Origin: an uncultured Verrucomicrobiota bacterium | GTDB taxonomy: Bacteria > Verrucomicrobiota > Verrucomicrobiia > Limisphaerales > UBA8199 | NCBI GenBank assembly: GCA_964625855.1 | Contig: CAZVFC010000046.1 | Location: forward strand, 854-64,853 | DNA: 64,000 bases | Reading direction: 5' to 3' | Part shown: one piece after another, positions 48,094-58,082 of the stretch | Layout: each line of letters starts with the position of its first letter | Numbering within the stretch: position 1 is the first letter of the stretch | The notes under the pieces: model-generated | The model's input: the letters and a program-made list of their open reading frames with translations, nothing else | The model's database searches: none | Told to the model about the DNA's origin: nothing | Translations under genes and position numbers: made by a program

Positions 48094-49161
48094 TCAAGCG
48101 CCGCATGCCCGCAGCCCCGCCCGCAGATATCCGAGCGCGTACGCCATGCCGCCGTGCCACGGCGCCGCACAGGCCAATTGTGGCGCATGGTCAGGAATGA
48201 TGACCCCCGTGAACCGATTCTGCTTCAAGATGCGCAGTACGCGGAAGATGTCCACGTCTCCCTCATCAATAAAGGTCTCCCGGTAAAATGGCACCTTGCC
48301 ACGTACGTTGCGCAGGTGCACGTAGGCCAGCTTGCCCTGCCGGCTGTAGGTGTCCACCACCTCATAAATGTCGCCTTCGCTCATTTCGGCCAGCGTGCCG
48401 ACGCAGAATTCGAGGGCGTTGCGCGGGCTGGGCTTCAGGTCAATCAGTTTCTGGTACAGGCGCGGCTGATACACCAGGCGCGGCTGCCCGCGAATAGTGG
48501 GCAGCGGCGGATCGTCCGGATGGGCCGCCAGGGTTACGCCCGCTTCCTCCGCCACGGGGATGACGGCGTCCAGAAAACCCTGCAACCGGCTCCAGAGCTG
48601 TGCCGGGGTAGCCGATTGCATGGTGCCCGGAGTGGCGTTGCGGTCATAGACCATATTCCAGGCCATCCCGTTTGGCATCGGCTTGTCGAACGGACCGTCC
48701 ATGCCGACTGCCTCTGCGTCGCCCCGCGCGAACGGGCCTTTGACACGACCCGCTACGCCTGCGATGGAGAAGTTGTATCCAAAGACGGGAATCCCGGCCT
48801 GGCCGACGTTGCGGATGATCGTCTTGACGTTCTCCAGGTGGCGGCCCTTCTGTGGCCCGTCCAGCAGGACGTCGTGCCAGTGCGCCGGATCGAAGTTCTC
48901 GATTGCCTCAAGCTCCAGCCCGGCCGCGTTGACCTGCTTTTTCAAGGCGGCCAGCTCTTCGCAGGTCCAAAGCTTCTCCGGGTCCCCGGCCAAACCCCAG
49001 CCCGCATCATCCCCCACCGGCTGATCCCCCGGCTGATTGCTGCGCGAGGAACGAAAGTAGTCCACCAGGTGCGCCACGATGTGAGTGCAGCCGCATTGTT
49101 TGGCGAAGCGGTAGTGCTCCGCATTCAATTGATGACGATATAAGCCGAGGCCGAGTTTCAT
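48094..49161 (-). CDS. uxuA: Mannonate dehydratase.
   Basis: AVIPVAEEAGVTLAAHPDDPPLPTIRGQPRLV aligns with E. coli UxuA [31 protein letters not shown]. The length is about 355 aa. Confidence 0.85.
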   Translation of the reverse strand: MKLGLGLYRHQLNAEHYRFAKQCGCTHIVAHLVDYFRSSRSNQPGDQPVGDDAGWGLAGDPEKLWTCEELAALKKQVNAAGLELEAIENFDPAHWHDVLLDGPQKGRHLENVKTIIRNVGQAGIPVFGYNFSIAGVAGRVKGPFARGDAEAVGMDGPFDKPMPNGMAWNMVYDRNATPGTMQSATPAQLWSRLQGFLDAVIPVAEEAGVTLAAHPDDPPLPTIRGQPRLVYQPRLYQKLIDLKPSPRNALEFCVGTLAEMSEGDIYEVVDTYSRQGKLAYVHLRNVRGKVPFYRETFIDEGDVDIFRVLRILKQNRFTGVIIPDHAPQLACAAPWHGGMAYALGYLRAGLRACGA

Positions 49162-49970
49162 TAAAAACCTATACTCACGCCGCCGTCCACCGGCAGCACC
49201 ACGCCCGTTACGAACTTAGCGGCACGGGAGCACAAATAGACCGCTGCGGCGCCAACGTCGTCCGGTTCTCCGAATCGGCCAAGCGGCGTGCGGGCCAGGA
49301 TGCGGCGTTTGCGCGCCGGGTCTTTGACCATCACCCGGCGCGACATCTCGGTTTCGATCCAGCCGGGCGCGATGGCGTTCACGCGCACCCCTCCGGGCGA
49401 GACCTCCGTCGCCAGCGAGCGCACCATGCCGAGATGGGCGCTTTTGGCCGCGGAGTAGGCGATCACATTGGGGATTCCGAAGAGGGACGCCATCGAGGCC
49501 ACGAAGAGGATCGAGCCATGCCGGCGCTGCAGCATCCCGGGCAGCACGGCACGCGTGAGCGCGTGCGCCCCGAGCACGTGGGTCTTCAAGACGCCAAGGA
49601 AGTCTTCCTGGCTGGTCTCCAGCGCCGACTTCTTCAGATGGATGCCGGCGTTATTGACGAGAATCGTTATCGGGCCGAACAACCTTTCCGCCCGGGCAAC
49701 CAGCGGGGTGGCGTCCTTAAGTCGCGTTACGTCGCAGACCACATATCCCGCCTGGGGGCCGATGGTCTCAACCGCCGTCCTCAGCAACGCGGCCCGCCGC
49801 GCGGCCAGAATCACTTTGGCTCCCGCCGCGGCCATTCGCTGGGCCATGGCGAGGCCCAAGCCCGTCCCGCCGCCAGTGATGAGCGCAACTTCCCCCTCCA
49901 GGCTGAAGGGGTTGTTTGTCTCCTCTGCCGGCCGGACTGCGTTGCTGGTTCTGTTTCCTGGTTTGGTCAC
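49161..49970 (-). CDS. SDR-family oxidoreductase (candidate SDR-type D-mannonate oxidoreductase, UxuB-like). It probably starts with GTG; its stop overlaps the uxuA start (TAATG).
   Basis: The Rossmann motif is [15 protein letters not shown]. It has NNAGI and the catalytic [16 protein letters not shown] motif. The upstream part of the ORF-track ORF overlaps aceE and has no Met. Confidence 0.7.
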   Translation of the reverse strand: MTKPGNRTSNAVRPAEETNNPFSLEGEVALITGGGTGLGLAMAQRMAAAGAKVILAARRAALLRTAVETIGPQAGYVVCDVTRLKDATPLVARAERLFGPITILVNNAGIHLKKSALETSQEDFLGVLKTHVLGAHALTRAVLPGMLQRRHGSILFVASMASLFGIPNVIAYSAAKSAHLGMVRSLATEVSPGGVRVNAIAPGWIETEMSRRVMVKDPARKRRILARTPLGRFGEPDDVGAAAVYLCSRAAKFVTGVVLPVDGGVSIGF

Positions 49971-50011
49971 GCCACTTCCGCCGGATGCGTCTGTACTGTG
50001 AGCGGCCTTCG

Positions 50012-52726
50012 TCAAACGAGTTGCGGATGCGCTTTCTCGGGGTCCACCCCTAGGTCCTTTATGGCCTTGGCCACCAGGCCCTGTTCGACCTGCGCCTTCT
50101 CCGCCAACGCGTGCAACGTCGCAATCACGATGGATTCGGCGTCCACCTCGAAGAAACGGCGCAGGGCCTCGCGCGTATCGCTCCGGCCAAAGCCGTCGGT
50201 GCCAAGCGTCGTCAGTCCGCCGGGGACCCACGGTGCGATCTGGTCTGGCACAATCTTCATGTTATCGGAGACGGCGACGAACACGCCCTGCTCGCTTTCC
50301 AGCACGGACTCGACGTACGACTTCTTCGGCGCATCCGTTGGATGGAGCATATTCCAGCGCCTGGTCCGCAGCGCGTCGTTGCGCATGAGCTTGTAGCTGG
50401 TGGCGCTCCAAACATCGGCCGAGACGTCGAACTTCTCACCTAGAATTTCCTGGGCCCGCAGCGCCTCGCGGATGATCGGCCCGCTGCCGAGGATTTGGGC
50501 CTTGAGCGGCTGGTTCGCGGGCCCCCGCTTGAACTTGTAGAGCCCTTTGAGAATCCCCTCCTCTGCTCCCTCGGGCATGGCCGGCATCTCGTAGTTCTCG
50601 TTGTAAAGCGTCAGGTAGTAGAATATGTCTTCCCCTTCGGCATACATCCGGCGCATGCCGTCGGCAATGATCACGGCCAGCTCGTAGGTGAAGGCGGGGT
50701 CATAAGTCGCCAGCGTCGGGATGGTGCTAGAGAGAATCAGGCTGTGACCGTCCTGGTGCTGCAAACCTTCGCCGTTGAGCGTGGTGCGCCCGGAGGTGGC
50801 GCCGAGCAGAAAGCCCTTCGCCCGCATGTCCCCGGCCAGCCACATCAAATCCCCGATCCGCTGGAAGCCGAACATCGAGTAGTAGATGTAGAAGGGAATC
50901 AGGTGCCGCCCATGTGTTGCGTAGGACGTGCCGGCGGCCACAAACGACGCCATCGAGCCGGCCTCGGTGATCCCTTCCTCCAGAATCTGCCCGTCCTTCG
51001 TTTCGTTGTAGTATAGCAGCGATTTGCTGTCCACCGGCTCGTAAAGCTGCCCCTTGGACGAATAGATGCCAATCTCGCGGAACAGCGCGTCCAAACCGAA
51101 CGTGCGCGCTTCGTCGGGTATGATGGGAACAATCTGGCGCCCGATGGCCTTGTTGCGGAGGAGCAGACTCAGCAGCCGGACAAATCCCATCGTCGTGGAC
51201 AGCTCTGACCGTGACACCCCTTTGAGCAGGTCGCCGAAGGCCTCCAGCCTGGGCACTTCGAGTGCCTTTGCCTCGACGTTGCGCCGCGGCAGGAATCCGC
51301 CGAGCTTCTTCCTCTGCCCCAGCAAATACTTCGTCTCGCGGCTGTCCGTCGCGGGGCGGAAGAAGGGCGTCTCCGCAATCTCCTCATCCGCAATCGGCAC
51401 GCCGAATCGGGCCCGGAACTCGCGCAGCTCTTTCTCGTTCAGCTTCTTCTGCTGGTGCGTGATGTTGCGGCCTTCTCCGGCCTCGCCAAGCCCGTAGCCT
51501 TTGACCGTCTTGGCCAGGATCACCGTCGGCTGCCCCTTATGTTCCATCGCGGCTTTGTAGGCCGCATAGACCTTGCGCGAGTCATGGCCGCCGCGTAGCA
51601 GCTTGTGGATCTGTTCGTCGGTCAGGTGATTCACCAGCTCCAGTAACTCAGGATACTTGCCGAAAAAGTGCCTGCGTGTGTAGCTGCCCGGCTCAACGGA
51701 ATATTTCTGGTAATCGCCATCCACCGCTTCCTCCATCCGTTTGAGGAGCAGACCGCTCTTGTCCGCGGCCAGCAGCGGGTCCCAGGCCGAACCCCAGATC
51801 ACTTTGATCACGTTCCAACCCGCGCCCTGGAACGCCGCCTCCAGTTCCTGGATGATCTTCCCGTTGCCCCGAACCGGTCCGTCCAGGCGTTGCAGGTTGC
51901 AGTTCACCACCCAGATGAGGTTATCCAGGTTTTCCCGCGACGCCAGCGTGAGCGATCCCAAAGTCTCCGGTTCGTCCGTCTCCCCGTCGCCGATGAACGC
52001 CCACACCTTTGGCTCCTCGCCGTTCGTGAAGCCGCGCGCCCGCAGGTAGCGATTGAACCGCGCCTGGTAAATCGAGAGCAACGGCCCCAGCCCCATTGAT
52101 ACCGTCGGAAATTGCCAGAAGTCGGGCATCAGGTAGGGGTGCGGATAGGATGACAGCCCGCCGCCTTCGGCCAGCTCCTGGCGGAAGTTGTGAAGTTGCG
52201 CCTCGTCCAGCCGCCGCTCCAGGAATGCGCGCGCGTAAATCCCCGGCGTGGCGTGCCCCTGGAAATAGACCATGTCCCCTATGAAATCCTCCGTCCGTCC
52301 GCGCAGGAAGTGATTGAACGCCACCTCGCACAGCGTCGCCGATGACGCATAGGTCGAGATATGTCCGCCCAAACCGCTGTGCAGCCGGTTGGCATTGACC
52401 ACCATCGCCATGGCATTCCAGCGCACGAAGCTCTTGATCCGGCGCTCCATCTCCCAATCTCCCGGAAAGGGCGCCTGCTTATGAACCGGAATGGTGTTGA
52501 TGTAAGGCGTGCTCACGACATGCGGCACGTCCATGCCCCGCTCGCGCAGCCGTGCCGTGAGACCGTCCAGAAACCGGCTGGTCTTCTGTGGACCCTGATC
52601 CTTCAGGGCGTGTTCCACCACGGTTTCGAGCGAGTCGAGCCACTCTTCCTCGTCCGTCTCTTCCGGCTGCGGCAGCACATGCAGTTCCGGCGGCCATTCT
52701 TTCGGTTCTCTTTTAGGCGGTTTCAC
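50012..52726 (-). CDS. aceE: Pyruvate dehydrogenase E1 component (homodimeric AceE type), 904 aa.
   Basis: The length and N-terminal region are characteristic of AceE: ...[12 protein letters not shown]...[12 protein letters not shown]...[13 protein letters not shown].... Confidence 0.9.
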   Translation of the reverse strand: MKPPKREPKEWPPELHVLPQPEETDEEEWLDSLETVVEHALKDQGPQKTSRFLDGLTARLRERGMDVPHVVSTPYINTIPVHKQAPFPGDWEMERRIKSFVRWNAMAMVVNANRLHSGLGGHISTYASSATLCEVAFNHFLRGRTEDFIGDMVYFQGHATPGIYARAFLERRLDEAQLHNFRQELAEGGGLSSYPHPYLMPDFWQFPTVSMGLGPLLSIYQARFNRYLRARGFTNGEEPKVWAFIGDGETDEPETLGSLTLASRENLDNLIWVVNCNLQRLDGPVRGNGKIIQELEAAFQGAGWNVIKVIWGSAWDPLLAADKSGLLLKRMEEAVDGDYQKYSVEPGSYTRRHFFGKYPELLELVNHLTDEQIHKLLRGGHDSRKVYAAYKAAMEHKGQPTVILAKTVKGYGLGEAGEGRNITHQQKKLNEKELREFRARFGVPIADEEIAETPFFRPATDSRETKYLLGQRKKLGGFLPRRNVEAKALEVPRLEAFGDLLKGVSRSELSTTMGFVRLLSLLLRNKAIGRQIVPIIPDEARTFGLDALFREIGIYSSKGQLYEPVDSKSLLYYNETKDGQILEEGITEAGSMASFVAAGTSYATHGRHLIPFYIYYSMFGFQRIGDLMWLAGDMRAKGFLLGATSGRTTLNGEGLQHQDGHSLILSSTIPTLATYDPAFTYELAVIIADGMRRMYAEGEDIFYYLTLYNENYEMPAMPEGAEEGILKGLYKFKRGPANQPLKAQILGSGPIIREALRAQEILGEKFDVSADVWSATSYKLMRNDALRTRRWNMLHPTDAPKKSYVESVLESEQGVFVAVSDNMKIVPDQIAPWVPGGLTTLGTDGFGRSDTREALRRFFEVDAESIVIATLHALAEKAQVEQGLVAKAIKDLGVDPEKAHPQLV

Positions 52727-52838
52727 TTTGTTATTCAGAAGCCAATTAAATAGACTCTTGCCTCGCGCGCGTCAAATCGCTCGAAGCTTCCATGTTGGAC
52801 AGTTTAGCCCGCTAAACCATAGCATCATACTATAGCAC

Positions 52839-53558
52839 GTGAAGCTTTGCGATCTAACTCTGGCCAGCCCCGAAGAAAACCTTGCCTGCGACGAGGCGCT
52901 GCTCGACTGCTGTGAAGCGGGCCAATCGGAGGAAATCCTGCGCTTCTGGGAACCCACGAGCCACTTTGTGGTGCTCGGTTATGCCAACAAAGTCGCGCGG
53001 GAGGTCAACCTGCCCTTCTGCCGAGCCAGGGCGATTCCTGTTCTCCGCCGCTGCACGGGCGGTGGCACCGTCCTGCAAGGGCCTGGGGTGCTGAATTACT
53101 CTTTGATCCTACGCATGGATAGTTCCGGCCCGCTGCGCAGCATCGCCACCACCAACGAGTTCATCATGGAGCGCCATCAACAGGCCCTGGCTCCTCTCAT
53201 CCGCGCCCACGTTGAGCGTCAAGGTCACACGGACCTCACCATTGGCGGCCTCAAAATCTCCGGCAATGCCCAACGTCGCCAGCGCCGTTTCCTCATCTTC
53301 CACGGCGCCTTCCTTCTTAGCCTGGACATCGGGTTGGTCGAGAAGACGCTTCCCTTCCCGTCGCGAGCGCCCTGCTATCGCGCAGCGCGGTCCCATGCCG
53401 ACTTCCTGCTAAACCTCAAACTGCCCGCCCTCACTCTCAAGTCAGCACTCCGCGAAACCTGGCATGCCACCGAGTCGCTCTCGGAGATTCCCTACGCGCA
53501 GATCAGAGTCCTCGCCCGCGAGAAATACGCGTCGGACGAATGGAATTTCAAGTTCTAG
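52839..53558 (+). CDS. Diverged lipoate-protein ligase / octanoyltransferase (BPL/LplA/LipB catalytic-domain family).
   Basis: RRCTGGGTVLQGPGVLNYSLIL parallels the LplA/LipB RRxSGGGAV.HD.GNLN.S.I motif, with Asp replaced by Gln. It is divergently adjacent to aceE. Confidence 0.6.
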   Translation: MKLCDLTLASPEENLACDEALLDCCEAGQSEEILRFWEPTSHFVVLGYANKVAREVNLPFCRARAIPVLRRCTGGGTVLQGPGVLNYSLILRMDSSGPLRSIATTNEFIMERHQQALAPLIRAHVERQGHTDLTIGGLKISGNAQRRQRRFLIFHGAFLLSLDIGLVEKTLPFPSRAPCYRAARSHADFLLNLKLPALTLKSALRETWHATESLSEIPYAQIRVLAREKYASDEWNFKF

Positions 53559-53664
53559 TGCTGTGAACCACCCGGATCCACTAATGGCGGCATTGTGTCC
53601 TGTCAACGGGGGACTCCGGTATCCGGCATCCTGGCGCCTGTGCTCACCGCCAAAACCGAAGATG

Positions 53665-54513
53665 TCATTGCACAAGTCGCTCAATGATATACTCGATCTC
53701 GCCGGGGACCAAATAGATCAAAAGCGCCAACACCCCCGCGCAGACCAAACCGACAATGATAGCGATCCTCAGCGCCCGGACCGGACGCCTTTGCAGCGTG
53801 ACCCCTGGCGTGGGGAAGATCCGATGTTCAATGGACACGGTCGGCACCTCGCGGGGTTTTGGAGCCGGGGCGGAGGTGTGCTCCGGCTCCTGAATACGTT
53901 TCCCATGTGGTTCCGTCGCCGCGAGCAGCCGCAGGCTCGATTGCTCAGCCGGACCGAGCGCGGCCACGGCGGGGCCGTGACCCAGCCGGAGCACCGGCGG
54001 GAAAGCGGCTAAGACCCTGGCAAGACCTCTGCTCATGCGCCATTGGAAGTAGCTCATCATGAGAATGGCCAGAAAACAAATGGCCGCAAACGTGCCCGCC
54101 ACAATGAGCGTCAGCTTGTTATAGCTTTGCATCACTGCCAAGTGCCGCGCCTGCTGGGCGGCGAAGCTCTCCTGGAAGGTCACCAGCGCGATCGAAATGA
54201 CCTCGGCGCTTTGGAGGGCGGCCTTCTCGGCTTCCTGGCGGTTCTGCTCGATGGCCAACTGGGTAGCCTCGAGCTGTTCCTGCAATTGCACGTAGCCTAG
54301 GAGTATTGCTTGGGAGTTCGTTCCTTCGATTGGGCTGGTGGCGGGCGGCGGGTTGGTCTCGGCGCGCAGGCTCTCCCACGAGGCGGTAGATAGCACCAGC
54401 GAGAACGCGGCGACCAGGCAAAGGCGCGAAGGGAGGTGATTCCTCTCGAGGTGCGGCGTCCGGCGGATGCCGACGAGGGCAGCGGATGTTTTTGATGGGT
54501 GAGACACCATCAC
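53665..54513 (-). CDS. Hypothetical membrane protein with a signal/anchor, a coiled-coil segment and two TM segments.
   Basis: The ORF is clean at 282 aa with hydrophobic segments. I recognised no family. Confidence 0.45.
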   Translation of the reverse strand: MMVSHPSKTSAALVGIRRTPHLERNHLPSRLCLVAAFSLVLSTASWESLRAETNPPPATSPIEGTNSQAILLGYVQLQEQLEATQLAIEQNRQEAEKAALQSAEVISIALVTFQESFAAQQARHLAVMQSYNKLTLIVAGTFAAICFLAILMMSYFQWRMSRGLARVLAAFPPVLRLGHGPAVAALGPAEQSSLRLLAATEPHGKRIQEPEHTSAPAPKPREVPTVSIEHRIFPTPGVTLQRRPVRALRIAIIVGLVCAGVLALLIYLVPGEIEYIIERLVQ

Positions 54514-54806
54514 ACTCAGCCACTATTATTGTCTGCTCTGCGGACAGAAGTCAAGCATGCACATGCCAGCGGGATCTTGCGGCTCGAGTTTGAGCATGGT
54601 GCAGACCCGGGGAACCACCGGGTCGAGATCAGGGACCTCCCCGGTGCGGGAACCAGGGCTGGCCCTGTAGCACGAAACGCCGCCTCAGGCAGAGTGATTG
54701 GCGATGGCTGGCACCGGGACGACCATCCCGGCTGTGCGTTGCTGTGTTCCTTGCAGAGGCGGCAGCGCCGCCAGCCATCTCTCCCCGCCCTTGCGCCTGC
54801 GATGTT

Positions 54807-55931
54807 CTAGCGAGCGTCGGCTCTGGGGCTCGGCTCCGGCTGGTCGTAGCTGATGAAACCCGACTTGTTCTTGAGCTTGCTCCACTTCGCGTCGAGCCGT
54901 TTGAGCCGCTTCACGGTTGCGGGATGGCTGCTGAAGGCGCCGAGTTCGAAACTCAGGAATCCCATCTTGTCTTGCGCTGCCTGCAACTTCTTGAGCATCT
55001 CCCCGAGCCCCCGCGGATCAATCCGGGCGGAGACCAGGTATTTCCAGGCCACGTCGTCCGCTTCCAGCTCGTACTCCTGCGAAAAGCTCTGGCGCACCAG
55101 CAACTCTGAACTGCCGCCCAGCGCGCCCGCCGCCCCTCGGCTGCCGCCGAGAAACACGCTGACGATCAGATACGGTCCGGCCTCGGAAATGATCTTCCGG
55201 AAGCCGTGCTTCTCTGTGACGTGCGCCACCTCATGCGCGATGACGCCTGCCAGTTCCTCCGGCCGCTCCGACATCGTGATCAGGCTGTTGTTCACCATGA
55301 TATGCCCGCCGGGCAGGGCAAAGGCATTGGGCATCGGGTCATCAATGATATAGAGCTTGTATTCCGGGCCCGCCTTGGGCAGCACGCGCAGCAACGGCGC
55401 CACCGCGCGATCCAGCCTCGCCTTAAGCTTCGCATCCTCGATGAAGTCCTCGTCCTCCTTCAACTCGGCCACCAGGCCGTCGCCCAGCTCGCGCTCCCAT
55501 TGCGCCGGCACCCGCGCCACCACCGCTCGCACCATCAGCCCCATCAGCATCCACACCACGATTGCGGCCACCACAAACCCGCCCAGCACCGCGAACATCA
55601 CCTTCAGCCGCCGCCCGAACTCGCGGTTCCCCTGCATATCGCGGATCTGGTGTTGCGTATGCGGCTGCTGCAAGAGTGGGCCGCGCTGCAGGATGCGTTC
55701 GTCGAAGGTAAACACCGACCACCCCGGCTGCTCCGGGTCAGAGAAGAAGATCCGCTCGTCGCCCGCGTCGCCTTTCTCGATCAGCAGCCGCGACAGCGGC
55801 ATTTCCACCGTGGCCGCATCCGACACGAACCGCAGCCGCCAGAACGCGAAGACAATCCTCCCCGCCACCGCTTCTTCACCGAGGCTCGGATGGGAAACGT
55901 AGCCGTCAAACGTTAAGCTGTCCTCAGTCAC
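54807..55931 (-). CDS. M48-family zinc metallopeptidase (HtpX/Ste24-like).
   Basis: It has the HEXXH motif VIAHEVAHVTEKHG, TM segments, and a downstream E...D third ligand region. Confidence 0.75.
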   Translation of the reverse strand: MTEDSLTFDGYVSHPSLGEEAVAGRIVFAFWRLRFVSDAATVEMPLSRLLIEKGDAGDERIFFSDPEQPGWSVFTFDERILQRGPLLQQPHTQHQIRDMQGNREFGRRLKVMFAVLGGFVVAAIVVWMLMGLMVRAVVARVPAQWERELGDGLVAELKEDEDFIEDAKLKARLDRAVAPLLRVLPKAGPEYKLYIIDDPMPNAFALPGGHIMVNNSLITMSERPEELAGVIAHEVAHVTEKHGFRKIISEAGPYLIVSVFLGGSRGAAGALGGSSELLVRQSFSQEYELEADDVAWKYLVSARIDPRGLGEMLKKLQAAQDKMGFLSFELGAFSSHPATVKRLKRLDAKWSKLKNKSGFISYDQPEPSPRADAR

Positions 55932-56008
55932 AGCACCCTATTATACCGCAGCCTTCCGACAATGGCACGCAAAATAGCCGCTGGCAGACATTCTTCATTC
56001 TTCCTTCT

Positions 56009-57046
56009 TCATTCTGCATTCACGACCACCGCCCTTCCCTCCTGTCCGAATTTCTCCAGTCCATCCAGCACCTGGTTGATCGCGCCCGCATCGAGCGGCA
56101 CGGTGCGCGTGATGATTTGCGACAAGTCCAGCTTTCGTTGGCGCACCCACTCGATCAGACCCGGCAGTTCCTGCGCCAGATGGTCCGACACGCCAATGAT
56201 TTCCGCTTCCTTGTTCAGCACCTCCATATAGGGCGCGATCTCGAACCGCTTGTCGGTCAGCCCCGCCAGCGCCGCCCGTCCCTTGATGGTCAGCGACTGC
56301 AAGGCCTGCCGCATGGTCAGGGGCAGCCCGATCAACTCCAGCGCCACATCCACACCCCGCCCGCCCGTAAGGCGCTGGATCTCAGCGACGGGGTCGCAAG
56401 CAGCCGCATTGACCGGCATCGCGCCGAACGCCCGCGCCAATTCCAGCTTGCCCGGCTTGATGTCCACCGCGAACACCTCGCGCGCCCCAAACGCCCGCGC
56501 CAGTTGTATCGCCGACAGCCCGAGACCACCCGCCCCAAACACCGCCACCGACTCGCCCGCACGGAGCCGCGCCTTGTTCAACGCGTGCAGCGAAGTCGCT
56601 GATGAGCACATCATGATCGCCCCCTGCTCGAACGGGATTTTCTCCGGCAACTGAAAGACGCTGCGCGCCGGCATCACGATGAACTCGGCGTAGCCGCCGT
56701 CGCGATATTTGCCGATCATTTTGCCCTCCGTGCAGAACTGCTCGTTCCCCTGCTGGCAGTAGGCGCACTCGCCGCACGTTGCCAGGTAATGCAGGCAAAC
56801 CCGGTCGCCGCGCTTCACGTGGCGCACCTCGGCCCCAGTCTGCTCGACCACGCCGGCCACCTCATGCCCCAGTGTCAGCGGCAGCGGCTCCACCCGGGAT
56901 ATCCCCGCCCGATAATGCGCATCCGAATGGCAAATCCCCGCCGCCTTCACGCGTACCAGCACATCGCGCGCGGAAACCGCCGGCACGTCCACCTGCTGCG
57001 CCTCCAGTGGCCGCCCCGGCCGAATCAACCTGATCGCCTTCATCAT
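56009..57046 (-). CDS. Zinc-dependent alcohol dehydrogenase (MDR family).
   Basis: It has GICHSDAH, the structural zinc motif CGECAYCQQG and VFGAGGLG. Confidence 0.85.
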   Translation of the reverse strand: MMKAIRLIRPGRPLEAQQVDVPAVSARDVLVRVKAAGICHSDAHYRAGISRVEPLPLTLGHEVAGVVEQTGAEVRHVKRGDRVCLHYLATCGECAYCQQGNEQFCTEGKMIGKYRDGGYAEFIVMPARSVFQLPEKIPFEQGAIMMCSSATSLHALNKARLRAGESVAVFGAGGLGLSAIQLARAFGAREVFAVDIKPGKLELARAFGAMPVNAAACDPVAEIQRLTGGRGVDVALELIGLPLTMRQALQSLTIKGRAALAGLTDKRFEIAPYMEVLNKEAEIIGVSDHLAQELPGLIEWVRQRKLDLSQIITRTVPLDAGAINQVLDGLEKFGQEGRAVVVNAE

Positions 57047-57096
57047 GGCCGAGAGGCTTGCCGGCAGCCGCTAGCCCGGACGTTCATCTCCAACTC

Positions 57097-57969
57097 TCAC
57101 TGCACCGGCACCTTCTCGGGCACGACCTTGAAGAAACGACTGAGGTCGCGGTCCGTATTGGCGACACCGGGCTTGGTGACGATCCAATCGTTCAATTGGG
57201 CGATCCGCATAGTGTTCCCCTCCCTCCAGCGCCAGGTTTCGACGTGCCCGTCCGCAAAGCTGAGCAGGCCGGCGTGGTTGTGGCGCGTGGCCGGAAAGCT
57301 GATCCACGTCCACAAGGAGGTGTTAAATAGAGCGAGGCTGTCCGGCGCATTGATGCCGAACGCGCTCTGTTGGATGCTCTTCTCGTGTTCTTCAATGAAC
57401 ACCGCGGCCTTGCTCGGCCCGGGCCGCTGAACCTCCGCCAAACGGTGCCAGCACAATTCATAGCCCGGATCACCCGGCGTGTTCCGGAAATTCATATACA
57501 TGCTCATCGAGATGCTCCGGTTGCGCTGAACCAGGCCCTGGTCGCGGACGGTTGATTTGTCCGCCGGGCACCGGTAAATCCCCAACGACTTGTTATAACG
57601 GTAGAGCACCCCGTTTTGCAGGTTGACCGGCGTGGTGTCCGTCCAGGCGTTACCCTGCAGCCATGAATACGGGTCAGCCGTCCAATCCTCCCGGGTGCCG
57701 ATGTCGCCGCCGTTCATCGCTGTGTTCCCCGGCAGGTGGTCCCGAGAATCGTCTGTGTACATTTGCCAGCAGAGCTGGAGCTGCTTCATGTTGTTGGCGC
57801 AGGCCGCAGCCAGCGCTTTAGCCTTGGCCTGGCTCAAGGCGGGCAGGAGCAGCGCGGCCAGGATGGCGATGATGGCGATCACGACCAGCAACTCGATCAG
57901 CGTGAATCCAGTCGGCACGGCGTCCTGGTGCTTCGATCTCAATCCCGCCTGTGAAGTCTTCGTACTCAT
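57097..57969 (-). CDS. Prepilin-type N-terminal cleavage/methylation protein of the DUF1559 / H-X9-DG family. It is a paralogue of the gene at 12398.
   Basis: It has [25 protein letters not shown] and the exact H-X9-DG motif [13 protein letters not shown]. Confidence 0.85.
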   Translation of the reverse strand: MSTKTSQAGLRSKHQDAVPTGFTLIELLVVIAIIAILAALLLPALSQAKAKALAAACANNMKQLQLCWQMYTDDSRDHLPGNTAMNGGDIGTREDWTADPYSWLQGNAWTDTTPVNLQNGVLYRYNKSLGIYRCPADKSTVRDQGLVQRNRSISMSMYMNFRNTPGDPGYELCWHRLAEVQRPGPSKAAVFIEEHEKSIQQSAFGINAPDSLALFNTSLWTWISFPATRHNHAGLLSFADGHVETWRWREGNTMRIAQLNDWIVTKPGVANTDRDLSRFFKVVPEKVPVQ

Positions 57970-58082
57970 GCTCTATTTACCATTCTAGCATACGGCCCCC
58001 ACAGGCTCATGGTTACAACGAAAAAAAGCAATTATCTTAGCAAGCGCCCCTGGACCATGCGAACCGCGGCATAGTGGTTTTC

